From the NCBI RefSeq assembly GCF_009914755.1, contig NC_060941.1: 64,000 bases of DNA; one strand, given 5' to 3'. The notes beneath the pieces are model-generated. The model saw only the letters and a list, made by a program, of their open reading frames with translations. It did not search any database and was not told where the DNA came from. This document shows positions 42,961 through 55,917 of this stretch, piece by piece. The first letter of the stretch is position 1; every line of letters starts with the position of its first letter. The stretch is from the human T2T-CHM13v2.0 reference genome, Homo sapiens. Made by a program: the position numbers and the translations under genes.

Positions 42961-43020
42961 GTTTTGCATGCAGAAATGTGTCAGTCTGGTGCCTGGCGTC
43001 ACACTGGATTTGATAGAAAA
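42961..43020 (+). CDS. RPTOR: RPTOR coding exon (probably exon 7), 60 nt, phase 2-2
   Basis: Acceptor ttcttttctttctctgcAG (42959-42960), donor AA|GTAAGT (43021). The first G completes TG|G (Trp) from the previous exon, then FCMQKCVSLVPGVTLDLIE(K) continues the Raptor sequence in frame. Confidence 0.96.
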
Positions 43021-43669
43021 GTAAGTAGGATTTTTAAGCTCTTGTGGCTCTCTGGATCTGATGAGTTTCTTTTCCTTTTTGAAGGCTCTTGCTTCTCAGA
43101 AGTACTTTCTATCAACATGGCATGTTCCCTTTCATGTGGCTGTGTTCTTTTGTTCTCTGATTAAGGCTGTGTTTGTGATTGTCACACTGGGGCTTAGTGC
43201 AGGAGATAACCAAACATGGGCCATATGAAAAGAAAAATAATAAAAAGCTGAATTCCTTTGAACATTTAAAAAGTCTCCAGACTTTAAGCCAAAGCAAGAA
43301 CATACCACTTCGCATACAAATCATTTCTGCTGCCACTGAAATGATAGCTAGATCATAGCTAGCTCTTACCTTATTTTCTGAAACTGTCCCTTTAATATTC
43401 TGTAACTTTCCATCCCCTCCCCCCCTGTCGCCATCCAGTTTCCATTTTACTATCTCAGGGCAAACTGATTTCAGAACCTGAGCGATGAAGTGACGGGATT
43501 TAGTCAGGCCTATGAAGAGTCAATGGCACTTGCCTCCCATAATCCTTCCAGTCCCATTGGCCAACCCGTCTGTCCCTCGCGTGATCTTTTTGGATCTGAA
43601 GTGGTGTTTCAGGACCCGGAGCGTGGCCTGCACTGCCTTGTTCTGTTTGTTTGTGCACCGGATTCATCG

Positions 43670-43686
43670 TGACTCATCCTGAGTCA
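43670..43686. promoter_or_regulatory. Paired perfect AP-1 sites (TGACTCA, TGAGTCA) 10 bp apart
   Basis: tgactca-tcc-tgagtca; motif presence only, function not shown. Confidence 0.4.
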
Positions 43687-44425
43687 TCCAGGCAGTATGG
43701 AAGAACTTTGGAGTTATTTTAAACCCTTTGGCTCAGAACCCCATTTCTTCTAGAATTAACATGCAAGATAATTGTTTTCTACATCTTAATATACAAAGTT
43801 ATATCTTAATATTAGGGCCTGAATTTACTAAATTAGGCAGGAAAAGCAACCCCACTTCCAAGTTTCTCTTGTAAAAACGTGCTTGCCTTGTGTATCAGGG
43901 GAAAAATGCAAGAATATTATGTGTAAACGTTCATGAGGGCACGGTGAGCTCCGTCGTGGTTCACTCCCACCGTGGAAGGTGGCTGTGTGGCCAACAGGAA
44001 GGCCGGGGAAGCGACACTGGTCCTGATGTGGAGTGGTCTACCAGATGTGCTAAGTGAGCAGTCCTCAGCATGGGTACCTAACAGAGCTCAGTGCCCAGAG
44101 GCTTTCCAAACAGTGCAAGCTGTGACTTAGAAGACTGTTTCCAAAGGCTAAACAGATAGTGGAGGCTCTCAGAAGCATCACGTGGAAAATAACTTTAAAA
44201 AAAAAATGGGACTAGATGATCTGTGCTCCCCTCCCCTTCTGGTTGGTTTGGTTCCCTGACGAGACTGCAGTTTTGCGAAGCTGTTCTTGAGATCTGTTTA
44301 CTGGTATTGCTGTGCGCTTTCTTTGGGGCTTTTATTTCCCCCTCTGTTTTCTGAGTTTTAGAGCTCTCTATTACCTGTAACGTATATATTGCCCCCGCCA
44401 CCCCTGCGCCCTCCCCACACACACA

Positions 44426-44829
44426 CCGGATGCGTATCCCAAATCTAAAAATCCAAAATCAGGAATGCATCAAACTGTAAAAAAATTTTTAATGAATTAA
44501 AAAAAAATAGGGCATCTTGCTGTATTGGCCAGGCTGGTCTTGAACGCCTGGCCTCAAGCGATCCTCCCACCTCCGCTTCTCAAAGCGCCGGGATTACAGG
44601 CGTGAGTGATTCTGGCCGTGCCAGGCCAAAATCGGAAACTTTTTGAGCACTGATGTGCTACTCAGAAACAATGCTCTTTGGAGCATTTTGGACTTCATGT
44701 TTTCGGATTAGTGATAAATCCAAAAAACTTAACTGGTAAGTATAATGCAGATATTCCAAAATCTGAACAAATTCGAAATCCGAAACGCTTCCGGTTCCAA
44801 GCATTTCAGATAAAGGGACACTTAACCTG
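44426..44829 (+). mobile_element. Tigger4a/MER46A DNA transposon interrupted by an antisense Alu monomer (~44490-44627)
   Basis: tatcccaaatctaaaaatccaaaatc...aaactttttgagcactga...ggtaagtataatgcagatattccaaaatctgaa...ccaagcatttcagataaagggacacttaacctg. Confidence 0.85.
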
Positions 44830-45129
44830 TGTATATATATTATATATCTAATTTCTTAAATAAACCATATCCATTAATATTTCAGCAGTTATATTTTATC
44901 CTTGCTGGGTTGGCTTATTCAGGCAGCTCTTGGGTGAAAACTGTCTTGGTGTTTTCTGTTTGTCGTGCCTCCCTGTGGCTATTTCCATGGTTTCCTCTGG
45001 AGGTGGGAGGGCCGCAGTATCCTTTCTCCTCCGCCTGGTAGCAGGAGCCCAAGCCTTACCCACGCCTCCATCTCCGTGTGGGACAGTGTCTCGTCTCCAT
45101 CCTGGATGGCTGCTGTGTGCTGTCCCATC

Positions 45130-45210
45130 CCCCCTGGTCACCTGTGTCTGTGGCTACTCCGGACAGAGCCCCCCGGTCACCTGTGTCTGTGGCTACTCCG
45201 GACAGAGCCC
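45130..45210. repeat. 39-bp tandem duplication
   Basis: ggtcacctgtgtctgtggctactccggacagagccc at 45136 and 45175. Confidence 0.92.
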
Positions 45211-45544
45211 TGCCAGCGCGTGTTGAGCCACATGAGCTCAGACAGCGCCACAAGCTCCACATCTCTAGAGCAAAAAGGTCTGTTAAAAATCACCTAGTGA
45301 TGACAACAAAAATTTGTTTTAGGTTATTGAGTCAAACTACCTTATTTTACTGAGAGAGAACCTGGTATTTAGTTCACTTCAGCTCCTGGGTGGCCTTTTC
45401 TGCCTGGTTCGGGCAGGGCTGGCCTAGAGCTCAGGTCTCAGGACAGCCCCACTGTCGTCTGCCCAACACACGGAGGTTTTCCCTTGAACAAGATTTTGGT
45501 GTCAGAACAACCAGCTGCCTCCCTGTTTCTTTCCAAAACTTAAA

Positions 45545-46565
45545 ATGTGCACAGCAACATGACATCCTAAGCATGATTCACAAAAGAAAAAAAATTGGTA
45601 AATTGGACTTCATCCAAATGTAAAATGTTTACTCTCTGAAAGACACGCTGATATGAAAAGACAAGCTATAGACTCGGAGAAAATATTTGCAAGTCACATA
45701 TCTGACAAAGAACACATGTATCCAGAATGTATAAAGATATCTCAAAACTCAAAAATAAGGGGGAAAAGAAAATTAGAAAATAGACCAAAGACATGAAGAG
45801 ACACTTCACCAAAGAGGATTTAGGGATGGCAAATATGCTTATGAAAAGATCCTGGAAATCATTAGCCATTAGGTAATGCAAATTAAAACACAGTGAGACA
45901 GCACTGTCCCTATTAGAACGGATGACATTTAAAGACTGACCAAACGCAGTGTTGAGAACTCACATCACAGCTGCTGGGAATGCAGAATGGTGCGGCCACT
46001 CTGGAAGAACTGTCGGTTTCTCATAAATGTCCATAAACCTGCCAACATGTCCCCGCATTCCTACTCCTGGATATGTACCCTGGAAGAGGGAAATCTTAGG
46101 ATCACACAAAAACCTGTGCGTGAATGTTTACGGTAGCTCTGTTCATTACCCCAAGCCGGAAGCAACCAAAATGTCCCTCCCAGGGCAAATGAATTCAGAC
46201 TGTGGTGCATCCGTATGATGGAATTCTGCTCAACAGGAAAAAGGGACAGGCTTTCTATATACACCGCCATTCGGGCGGTTCCCAGAAGTATCACACTAAG
46301 TGTCAGAAGCCCATCTCCAAGGGTGGCGCATGGTCCGATTCCCTTTCTGTGACCTTCTGGGAAAGACAGAACATGGGGCCAGAGAACAGATCAGCTGTTG
46401 CCAGGGATTAGAGGGGTGGAGAGTGTGGCTGTGAGGGGCTAGCGGGAGGGGCCTGGGGGTGATGTCTTGATGCTGGTGTGGTTCCACAGATCCACCCACA
46501 CGTTCCAATCCATAGCATGTGTACCTGCAGAAGTCATTTTGCTATTTGACAACTGAAGTAAAAGT
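45545..46565 (+). mobile_element. Old L1M (MC/MD-like) ORF2 end and 3' UTR
   Basis: aaattggacttcatccaaatgtaaaa...gagaaaatatttgcaagtcacatatctgacaaag...cacttcaccaaagagga...gagaacagatcagctgttgccaggg. Confidence 0.85.
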
Positions 46566-47620
46566 AATACATAATGTAGGGGAGGAAAAAAACACCACGA
46601 GAGTGAGCAGGCCGGAGAGTGCAGAGCAGATGCAGCACACGGCTGGCCACCGCTGCGGACAACAGGCCATGGGCCTGGGGAGCGAGGGGTGCAGGGAAAC
46701 AGAGACCTGGATTTGGGAAAGGAAGTGGATTCTACAGCAGCATGCTCTGTTGTTTCTGGGAAGATACCTTCACTCTTATTATTAAAATGGGATTGAGTGA
46801 GGATTGAAAAAGAGAAGCAAACACCCTTCCCCATCCACCGTGGGATGTTAGTCATTTTCATCAGACGCCCTTTCCCTAAATCACGATGTTAGCGTTTGCA
46901 GCCACTCGTGTTCTTCCCAGAACCAGTGCATCCCCTCCCTCCCCAGCACCAAAGGCCCTTCTCAGCCAGTGCGATCAGACAGCTGGAGGTTAGGGCAGTG
47001 TTCTCGTCTTTCTTCCATCTCCCCTTCTCCTGTGCCAAGTGATGCTATGAAGGTGGCTAAATGCTAAAGGTTTATTTTTTTTTTTTAATTTAAAAGAGAC
47101 AATTAACTGTTAATAGTAGGCAGTTTTCAAAACACACCCTGATTAGGGATTCGGGGTACGAGGAGGAGAGTGTGGTGGGAAGAATATGGACGTTGGAGTC
47201 CGAGCAGCTCCATCTGGCCCTCCTGACCCCTTCTGAGCCACACTCACTGGGCACCTCCTTGCCTCTGGGTCTGTCTCTGTCCTGCAGAATGGACACCACT
47301 CGGCTCTCATCGGGCAGCAGCAGTGCCGAGGGCATCACACATCCTGACACGACCTTGGCTCTCAGCCCGTGTCCGCCTCCCGCCAGACACTTCTGCCTTC
47401 TCAGCACTTCCCAGAGCTGCAGCTTGGATGGTGGCTGCTGTCACTCCACATTCCTGTAGTTCTGTAAGCGTCTCCCACGCCTCTCCATCTGCCATCAGCT
47501 GAGGCACCTACGACTCCCAGGCATCGTTGCCCTGGCCCCACCACAGTTAGAGAGAGATGGCAAGGCGCCAGAGAGGCCGTGCTCTCGAGGCCCATTGCTG
47601 AGACAAATGGCTTAGCAGGC

Positions 47621-48167
47621 TGTTTTAGTCCATTCTCACACTGCTGTCAAGACACTGCCTGAGACTGGGTGTATTAGGGTTCTCTAGAGGGACAGAACTC
47701 ATAGGATAGCTATAAATATAAAGGGGAGTTTATTGATTAATATTAACTCACACGGTCACAAGATCCCACAATAGGTCATCTGCAAGCTGCGGAGCAAGGA
47801 AGCCAGTCTGACTCCCAAAGCTGAAGAACTTGGAGACACTCAGTATTAACCATCACACTGGGTAATTTATAAATAAAGGAGGTTTAACTGAGTCACAGTT
47901 CTGCATGGCTAGGGAGGCCTCAGGAAACTTACAGTCATGGCAGAAAGGGAAGGGTAAGCAAGGCATGTCTTACATGGCAGGAGAGCGAGAGCACACCAGG
48001 GAAGGGGAAGTGCCACACTTTTAAGCCATCGGATCTTGTGAGAACTCACTATCACGAGAACAGCCACTCCCATAATCCAGTCACCTCCCACCAGGTCCCC
48101 GCCTCAACACATGGGTATTAGAGTTCAAGATGAGATTTGGGTAGAGACACAGAGCCAAACCATATCA
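47621..48167 (-). mobile_element. MSTA-like MaLR solo LTR split by an MLT2A-like LTR
   Basis: tgttttagtccattctcacactgct...gagactggg|...ctgggtaatttataaataaaggaggtttaa...gagatttgggtagagacacagagccaaaccatatca; flanks caggc/cagtc. Confidence 0.88.
47670..47857 (-). mobile_element. Internally deleted MLT2A-like (HERV-L) LTR with 5-bp TSD ctggg
   Basis: tgtattagggttctctagagggacagaact...cactcagtattaaccatcaca; ctggg at 47665-47669 and 47858-47862. Confidence 0.85.
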
Positions 48168-48569
48168 CAGTCGCTGTAGCCACCTCAGTCTTTATTGAGA
48201 ATAACTTCTTAAAGTGTGTGGATTTGGGTCTGAGTCACTGTTCTCTGAATGCAGTTCAGCAAAAGCACCTGTTTTAGTGTCTTTCACTAAGAATCCACGT
48301 CAGCACTCACAGGGTGAACTCCCGTGGTGCCTCCGCCTCACAGTGTGACAGAGGTTAAATTGCGGGTGGCTGAATTATATTTACATTTTTTATGCCAGGA
48401 CAAATTCCAAACTTTAGAATTATACAGCAATGGAGAAATCCAGATCTTTGCTCCAAAAGGTGCCCAGCCACAGCTGCCATTAGCTCTATTTCCAAGTGGA
48501 CGTCAGTTTTTAACTTGCATAGACACAGTGACTTCTCCGCTTAAAAACGCTATTTTTATGTTTTTTTAA

Positions 48570-49013
<444 letters not shown>

Positions 49014-51111
49014 TGATCTTGTTAATCAAGTGATCTTCCTGCCTTGGCTTCCCAAAGTGCTTGGATTATAGGCGTGAGCCACCACGCCCAGCCAAAGAAA
49101 AGTTTTTAATAAGTAGATTTGATTTTGCAGTTACAAAGTGAGGCAGAAAATTCAGCACATCTATGTTTAATAGTGTCTTCCATGCCGCTGTGGTTTTTAC
49201 AGTCAGAGGACACTCCTATAAAAAATACCTCGTTATTTTTATACTTTATCATTTTCTGAAGATTTATTCTTGAAATATGTTGATCTTGGTTACTGTGACC
49301 TCTGTGGCTCAGACCCTCTTGGCCAGCCTTTCTACTACCTCAGGGCCCCTTTTTCCCACGGGGGTCCCACCAACATATGTTAACTCCCGTAACGCTAGCC
49401 CACGTGTCAGGGGAGACAGATCCACTCGGAAAGCAGCCGTGCGGTACAGTTGAGAGACAAACAGATCATCATCAAGCTCTACTGATGAATGCGGCCCCTG
49501 TGTTCCAGGCAGCCAAGACTGAGTTCCCCCTTATTTCCCTTCACTGAACATGTCAGCCATGTTTGTGATGTTCTTGTGTGTCCCTTGCCCTGAGTTGACG
49601 CTGGGACCAGGGTGCTTGAGGATGAGCTCCCAGCAATTCCAGGCTGTGCCTGTCACCGATGTGCCCCGGGCAAGGGAGTCACCTCTCTGACATGGAAGCC
49701 CAGAGGTTACCTTCTGGAAGCAAACCCTGTAACCAACTTCCCTCCTTACAGGGCTGGAAGCGTAGCAGTGTCCACCATCTGTGGAATGTCCTCTGGAGCC
49801 GCCTTGCCCATGCCACACAGAAGGACACCACGGTTAGGGCACCCATGCGTCACAGCATGTGGCCAGCAGGGCCACGCCACCTCCCAGGGAGGCATCTGAC
49901 ATGCACAAAACCTTTTGAGTTTTTGTATGTTTTTTTCAACACTTTCCTAAAATGCAGTGATCAAAAGTTAGTTGCCTGCTCCTGCTTGGGACACCAGTCC
50001 CTCAGGGGGTTTGGGAATTGTTCCTCCCAGACTCCGGGGCTGACATTTGGAGGGTCACCGCCTGACCCCTGCTCCAGAGTCAGCAGGATGGCGCTCCTCC
50101 AACACCACTCCTCCCATCGCATGTGGGAGCAGGAGGGGTGTGGTCTTGGAAGCGACACCCTATGATGCGCATTCACCTGAGTGGCCTTCCTGGCCACAGG
50201 GCTGAGCCAAGGGGGGGCCAAGGCACTGCCTCCCTCCAGGCAGCACGTGTGTCTAAAAAATTTATTTATAAGTACCCAGGGAATATTTAAAAATATATAA
50301 ATTTTTGAATAGTTGAGAGATTTTAATAAAAACGTTTGTGCATTATTGGCAGAGCTGTCAGTGGGTGCTGGGTGAGAGCCACACGGTTGTCTGGGTGACA
50401 CCCCCGTGTCCCTACACACCATGACTGTCCTCCTGTCCACCTGAGATGGAACTCTGGGTTCCCTGAGTCACACCTACATTAAAACGTACACAGTCATCCA
50501 TCACGTTCACATCTGTGCCGGCATGACCTCCCTGGGGAAGCGTTTGCATTGCTGCCCTTTTTGCCAAGACCCTCCCGAGCGTGATATGACCTTTGAACCT
50601 AGAGCCAGAGAACCTGCTTGGGCGTCCCTGCCTTCGTTAAATGAACTGATCTTGGATCCAGGTTAATGGTGAGATAACTTGTTTTTAATTATAGTTTTAA
50701 GACCAGGCAGAAACAGGCTCTCGTGCTTAGTCTGATTTCATTTACGTTTTAGCAGTTCATTATTGTAAACAGAATCCTAAGGACTGTAGACCGGGGGCGT
50801 GGAAACCCCACCACAACACAGCACCTAGAACACACGTGTGTGACATCTCGAGTGACGCACATTCGGAACAGATCGTGTGGATGTGCAGATGTCAGGGAGT
50901 CTGCAGTACCTGCGCATACACTAGCTGGGGCTGGACTTGATCTGCTTTTAGCTTTTGCCAGCTTTTTAGGGAGTCTGAAGACCTAGTTTAGCTGTTTCAT
51001 TCTTTTGTCTCAACTCACCACATGGAAATTTCTTGCCCTTGAGAATACCTCTCTTGCCACTAAGTGTGAGGACGACGTTGGTTCCTGGGTCCCACCTGAC
51101 TAGTGTGACGA

Positions 51112-51125
51112 GTCACGTGACGCAA
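51112..51125. promoter_or_regulatory. Perfect CLEAR/USF E-box palindrome GTCACGTGAC overlapping TGACGCAA
   Basis: gtgacgaGTCACGTGACgcaa; motif presence only. Confidence 0.4.
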
Positions 51126-51209
51126 GGAGAATAACGGGCCTGTGTTCTCGGGCTTTTTGTTTCCGTCAAGCTTCATGACCTGCAGGAAGTAAAACCAGGT
51201 CTGCCTCAC

Positions 51210-51302
51210 GCTCTGCACACCCCTCCCCTCCCCGGCGGCCGCCCTGCACACCCCTTCCCTCCCCAGCGGCCGCCCTGCACACCCCTTCCCTCCCCGGCGA
51301 CC
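51210..51302. repeat. 31-bp CpG-rich tandem repeat, 3 copies
   Basis: ctgcacacccc(t)tccctcccc(g/a)gcggccgcc units at 51213, 51244 and 51275. Confidence 0.9.
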
Positions 51303-52711
51303 CTCGTTGGGAGCGTGTGAAGGATGGTCCTGAGTGCAGGCTGCAGGTGCCAGGTGGTGATCGGCACATAACGTGACAGATGGGCAGGTGTGTTTGTCAC
51401 GCACAGACCTGCATGGTAGGCACCTGCCCCATGCCCATGTGTCCTTGCCCGCTGCCATCTGAGAGGATGTACCCTCATCCTACAACAGCTGGCCCTTGGT
51501 GTGCCAGGTCTGCCAGGCCAGAGCTCTCTAGGGGTCCGTGTTGGGTAAGTGCACGGCAGGTGGCCCCCTGGCCGAGAGCCTCAGGACCCTGCTGTCTGGG
51601 GTTTGGGGGCTGAGTGTGGCACAGCACCACTTTCATGCCCTCTGGAAGGCTTGGCTTTTGCGACCTGGCCTCCTCACCAGCTCAATGGCAGTTTCATGGC
51701 ATAGCGTCCCTGCTGCCCCCAGACGGTCAGAAATCCAACCCGAGTCATATCATTATCCTCGTCTTTGTCGGCACTGGAGACGTGGGGAGGTTTCGTTCCT
51801 CAGAACTGCTGCACGATATGTCTTCCAAAATAAATGCGGTTTATTTCAAACAGCAGCACTCAAAATCAAGGCTCCTCAGGAAATCCAGTATTAACCCCTT
51901 CCGAGCTTTCGCCGTCCTTGTCAGATGGGCAAAACACGTTGTTTAGCATCTCAGCACAAGACTGGAGAGAAGATCGGGCAGTTTGTGCATAATTATTTAG
52001 CAGTCTTTAAAACTAGGAGAGGAATCTGTTTTCTAATTAAGCTGCTGTGTCTGGAAGTAAATTATAGTGAACCTTCCTCGAGCGACCCCCCCAGTTTCTA
52101 ATTATCTATGCTAACCTAGCAGCCTGATGAATAAGCTGTTGCTGCTGCAGTACATATTTATATTCTGAATCCTTTGAGAGAGTGGCAATAAGATCCGTGC
52201 CTGGAAATTAAGGGACATTTTTCAGCCCTGAAACAAAGTAATGCAACACTTAAACAGTGCTAGAAATATTAGGGTTTTCAGAAAGCTCCGGGGAACCTGA
52301 GAGATGTGAACCTGTTCCACGAGGCTGCTAGTTAGTATTCTGATCACTGGAGGCTCAAAGCGTACCCAGAACTTACTCGTGATTAACATTGATTGTGTAC
52401 ACAGCATATTTTAAACCGCTAACAATCCATTGTCGTGAATAAGTGAGTCTCTGTGTGCTGCTGCTTCCGAGGCTCTGGTAGCACGGCTGCCCCGTGTGGC
52501 CCAGGGACAGCAGGTGCGGGGCTGCAGCCCCACAGCCCTGGAGCTTGGGTTTGACTCTGGCTCTGAAACCTTCAGCATTGTGTTAGCTGATCTCTGGTTC
52601 CCATCTGTGGGACTTCCGTCTCATCTGAGCCTGGGGATGCAGTGCAGAAAATGTAAGGAGACCTGGGAGCTGCTGCTTGAGAGCACGTGGCTATCCGTGC
52701 TTCCTGGGGAA

Positions 52712-52960
52712 TGATAGTGACCGTAGGAAGCATTTACTGAGCCCCCATGGTGCCAGGCATCGTGCTGAGGCCTTTACAAACATTACCTGTAAGTCCTCCC
52801 TGGAGCCCTTCAAGGGTGGGTGCTGTTGTTATCTACCTTTTAAAAGATGGGGAAACTGAGGCACCCAGCAAGCACAGGGCCTGCCAAGCACCACACCATT
52901 AGGACAAGCTGGGACAGGGATTTGCTGGCAGCCTCCCTGGAGCCTGCATCTCCTTCCCCT
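52712..52960 (-). mobile_element. MIR
   Basis: gcatttactgagcccccatggtgccaggcatcgtgctgagg...ttttaaaagatggggaaactgaggcac. Confidence 0.7.
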
Positions 52961-53822
52961 CGGCATGGGCTGTGTGAACAGAGCACGGGCTCCTCAACAG
53001 GAGCCCAGACCTCTAGAAGGTCTGCACAGGGTTTGGGGGGGCAGCACTCGTGTCAGAGGCACAGCGGCTGTGATTAGAATTCACTTCATCGAGGGAAGTC
53101 ATACACATGGATTATGTTTGAAAGGAAAACTATCAAAAGATCCCAGTCTTGATTCAAAAAATACCTTTCTTTCCAACATAAATATACAATATTGGCTGGT
53201 AAAGGTGAAAATCAGTAATTCATTAACGTCTGCCAGTCACTGCTGAGATGAGTAACGAGGCACTAGACGCTGATTTAGAAATGAAGAGGTGGAAGCAAAA
53301 CCCGAGAGATCGCCGAGCGAGGGGGAGGTGAGTGATTGGCGGAAACGGGGGACCGCCGCCACCTAGCAGATCACCCCTGCCTGCCCGAGCACAGCCACCT
53401 CAGCGTTCCCGTGCGCGCCACGCCAGGGCGCACGGTGCTGCACGGGGGTCCTTATGCCCGGGCGCCTCTCATTAAGGTCCCCCCACGGGCAGAGGGAAGA
53501 CGGGCACCGGGTCCCCTTCGTGTTCGATGTGCACCCCAGCAAGGCCTCCTTAGCTCATCCGGATTGGTAGGGGTGGAGGAGGCTTGGTTCTGAGATGAAA
53601 TTGCAGACGTGCAGCCAAGGGGGAATGTGAGAGGTTCAGAGGCCACCCCAGGGAACCTGCACACAGCACGGAGATCTTCCGTTTCCTTCACAGTGGTACC
53701 CAAACCCTGGTATTTGTCATCAAAACAAAGGCCTGCGCCACAGAGCACGGAGCTGTAACATCTGTGGCATTCGCTCCACCTCCTCACGGCTCTGCACCTC
53801 CCAGCATCCTAAAGAAAACGTG

Positions 53823-54151
<329 letters not shown>

Positions 54152-55917
54152 CTAAAGGAAGCCCTCGCTCTGCGGAGATGCAGGAGCACAGCTTGATTGG
54201 AGGGCAGCTTCCGTTCCTTGAAGGCAGGCTCCCAGGTGCAGAGCGAGGAAGAGGCCGCAGTGAGGCTGAGCGTGTGCCTGGTCAGTGCCCCTTGGCCGTC
54301 CTTTCTGATGTTGGCCTTTGCTCTTGTGTAGGAGTCATCTCAGACGGCTCAGTACCTATGGAGGCACACGTCACTGCGGTCGCATAACCGGGATGAGGCT
54401 CAGCCCCCATTGATGCCTCTTCTCTAGACGCATCGTAGTTCAGCAGGTGCACCTCCCTCCGTCCAGTCTGCCATTTCTCCTTAACCTTCCCTGAGAGTCT
54501 GTTGCTCCAGCTCCATTGCCCGCACGGCCCTTCGGTTCCTCACAACCCCTGGTTCTGGTGGGGTGCCTGGAGTGCCTCCTCTGGCAGGGGTGCCTCCTTG
54601 GATCTGTTTATCCTGCAGGATTCAGTGCCCTGCCGTTGTTCCTATGTGCGTGGCTGCAGACTTGCAATCGGTGATAAAGCAGTGTGGCGTGAGGCGCCAG
54701 CATAACCGGGGACCCCGGGTGTGTGGTGGCTTTTCCGGTGCTCATCACAGCCACCCGGCGAGCAGCCTCTGAGGCCATCTCCATTTAAACTTCTGGAAAC
54801 CGAGGCAAGGGAGGTGGAGAGACTTGCTCAGGGTCACAGAGAGTCACACGAGGGTCCCCTGTCGGTGGCGGAGCCTGTGTCCGCCCCCACCCGTCCTGCT
54901 GTGTCTGCCCCCAGCCGCCGCTGCTGGCTTCTCAGTTTGCTGCTCCGTGCTGCACAGTCCCCTCTGTCAGAGCCTGGTCGCTGTGCCCTGTGGCCCTTCA
55001 GAGAAAGGCCTCCCCGTTCTGATGTGCGTGTGTTGTCTTCTGACCTCGATGCCAGTATGTTTTGCGTGAGTGGCCAGCTCGTCAGCGGGGCCTCGGGTTC
55101 CAGGCTCGAGCGCACTTTTCAGACCCCGCGTGTGTTTCTCAGCACGTTTGTTCATTCACCGTTCATTCAGCAGACATCTGCTGCGGACTGGCTGTGTGCT
55201 AGGGCCTGTCCGAGGCTCTGGAGCCAAGTCCTTGCTCGTTAACTTACATCCTGATCAGGGGAAGAAACGCACATAAGAGGAGTGTGAATGTACCAGGAGA
55301 GCCATGTGATCGCACACAAGAGTGCCTGGATGCTTCTTTGATTGGGCAGCCTGATGAGGCCCATGAAGAGGCAACACTGGAACTGAGACCACCTGGCCAG
55401 ACGGGAGCAGCCATGCCGGGACCAGGGGCAGCGTTCCAGACGGGGAGCCCCACAGCCTCTGAGCCAGGCACGAGCTTGGGCTGTGTGGCAAGGGCCTTCT
55501 TTGAAAGAGGCATATGTAGCTTCAGTATTTATAATTAACACCGCTAACCTGGCAGCACTTAATGGGTCTACAGGGGCCTGTGTGAGTCTGACTCAGACCA
55601 CTGCATCAGATGGGGAAACTGAGGCACTTAGGAGCTTGATGGCTACCTACAGAGGACATTTTGCTCCATGAATCAGTGGCGTGACCCGCAGTGGCCGCAG
55701 AAGGGGCAGTGGCACAAGCCTGACTAGTGGCTCCGTTTGCAGAGGGGGTGGGGGCGACTGACGGCCAGCAGGAGGGCCGTGGTGTTCTCACCTGAGAAGG
55801 CGGGCGAGCACTCCTTTTGCTAGAAGAGGCTAAGAGATCTCTACGATTATTTCCATGGATGATGACCCAAACAGATTTAGTGTGGCTGCGTGTGTAGCTG
55901 CTGTGTCTTCTAGCTGT

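Noticed and set aside
42964-43164. 66-aa ORF overlapping the RPTOR exon
   Set aside because: Wrong frame relative to Raptor, and it reads through the splice donor.
54721-55242. 173-aa ORF and other 100-177-aa ORFs in the GC-rich 49-57 kb region
   Set aside because: Expected in GC-rich sequence; overlapping frames on both strands, partly L2/MIR-derived, and no recognisable domain.
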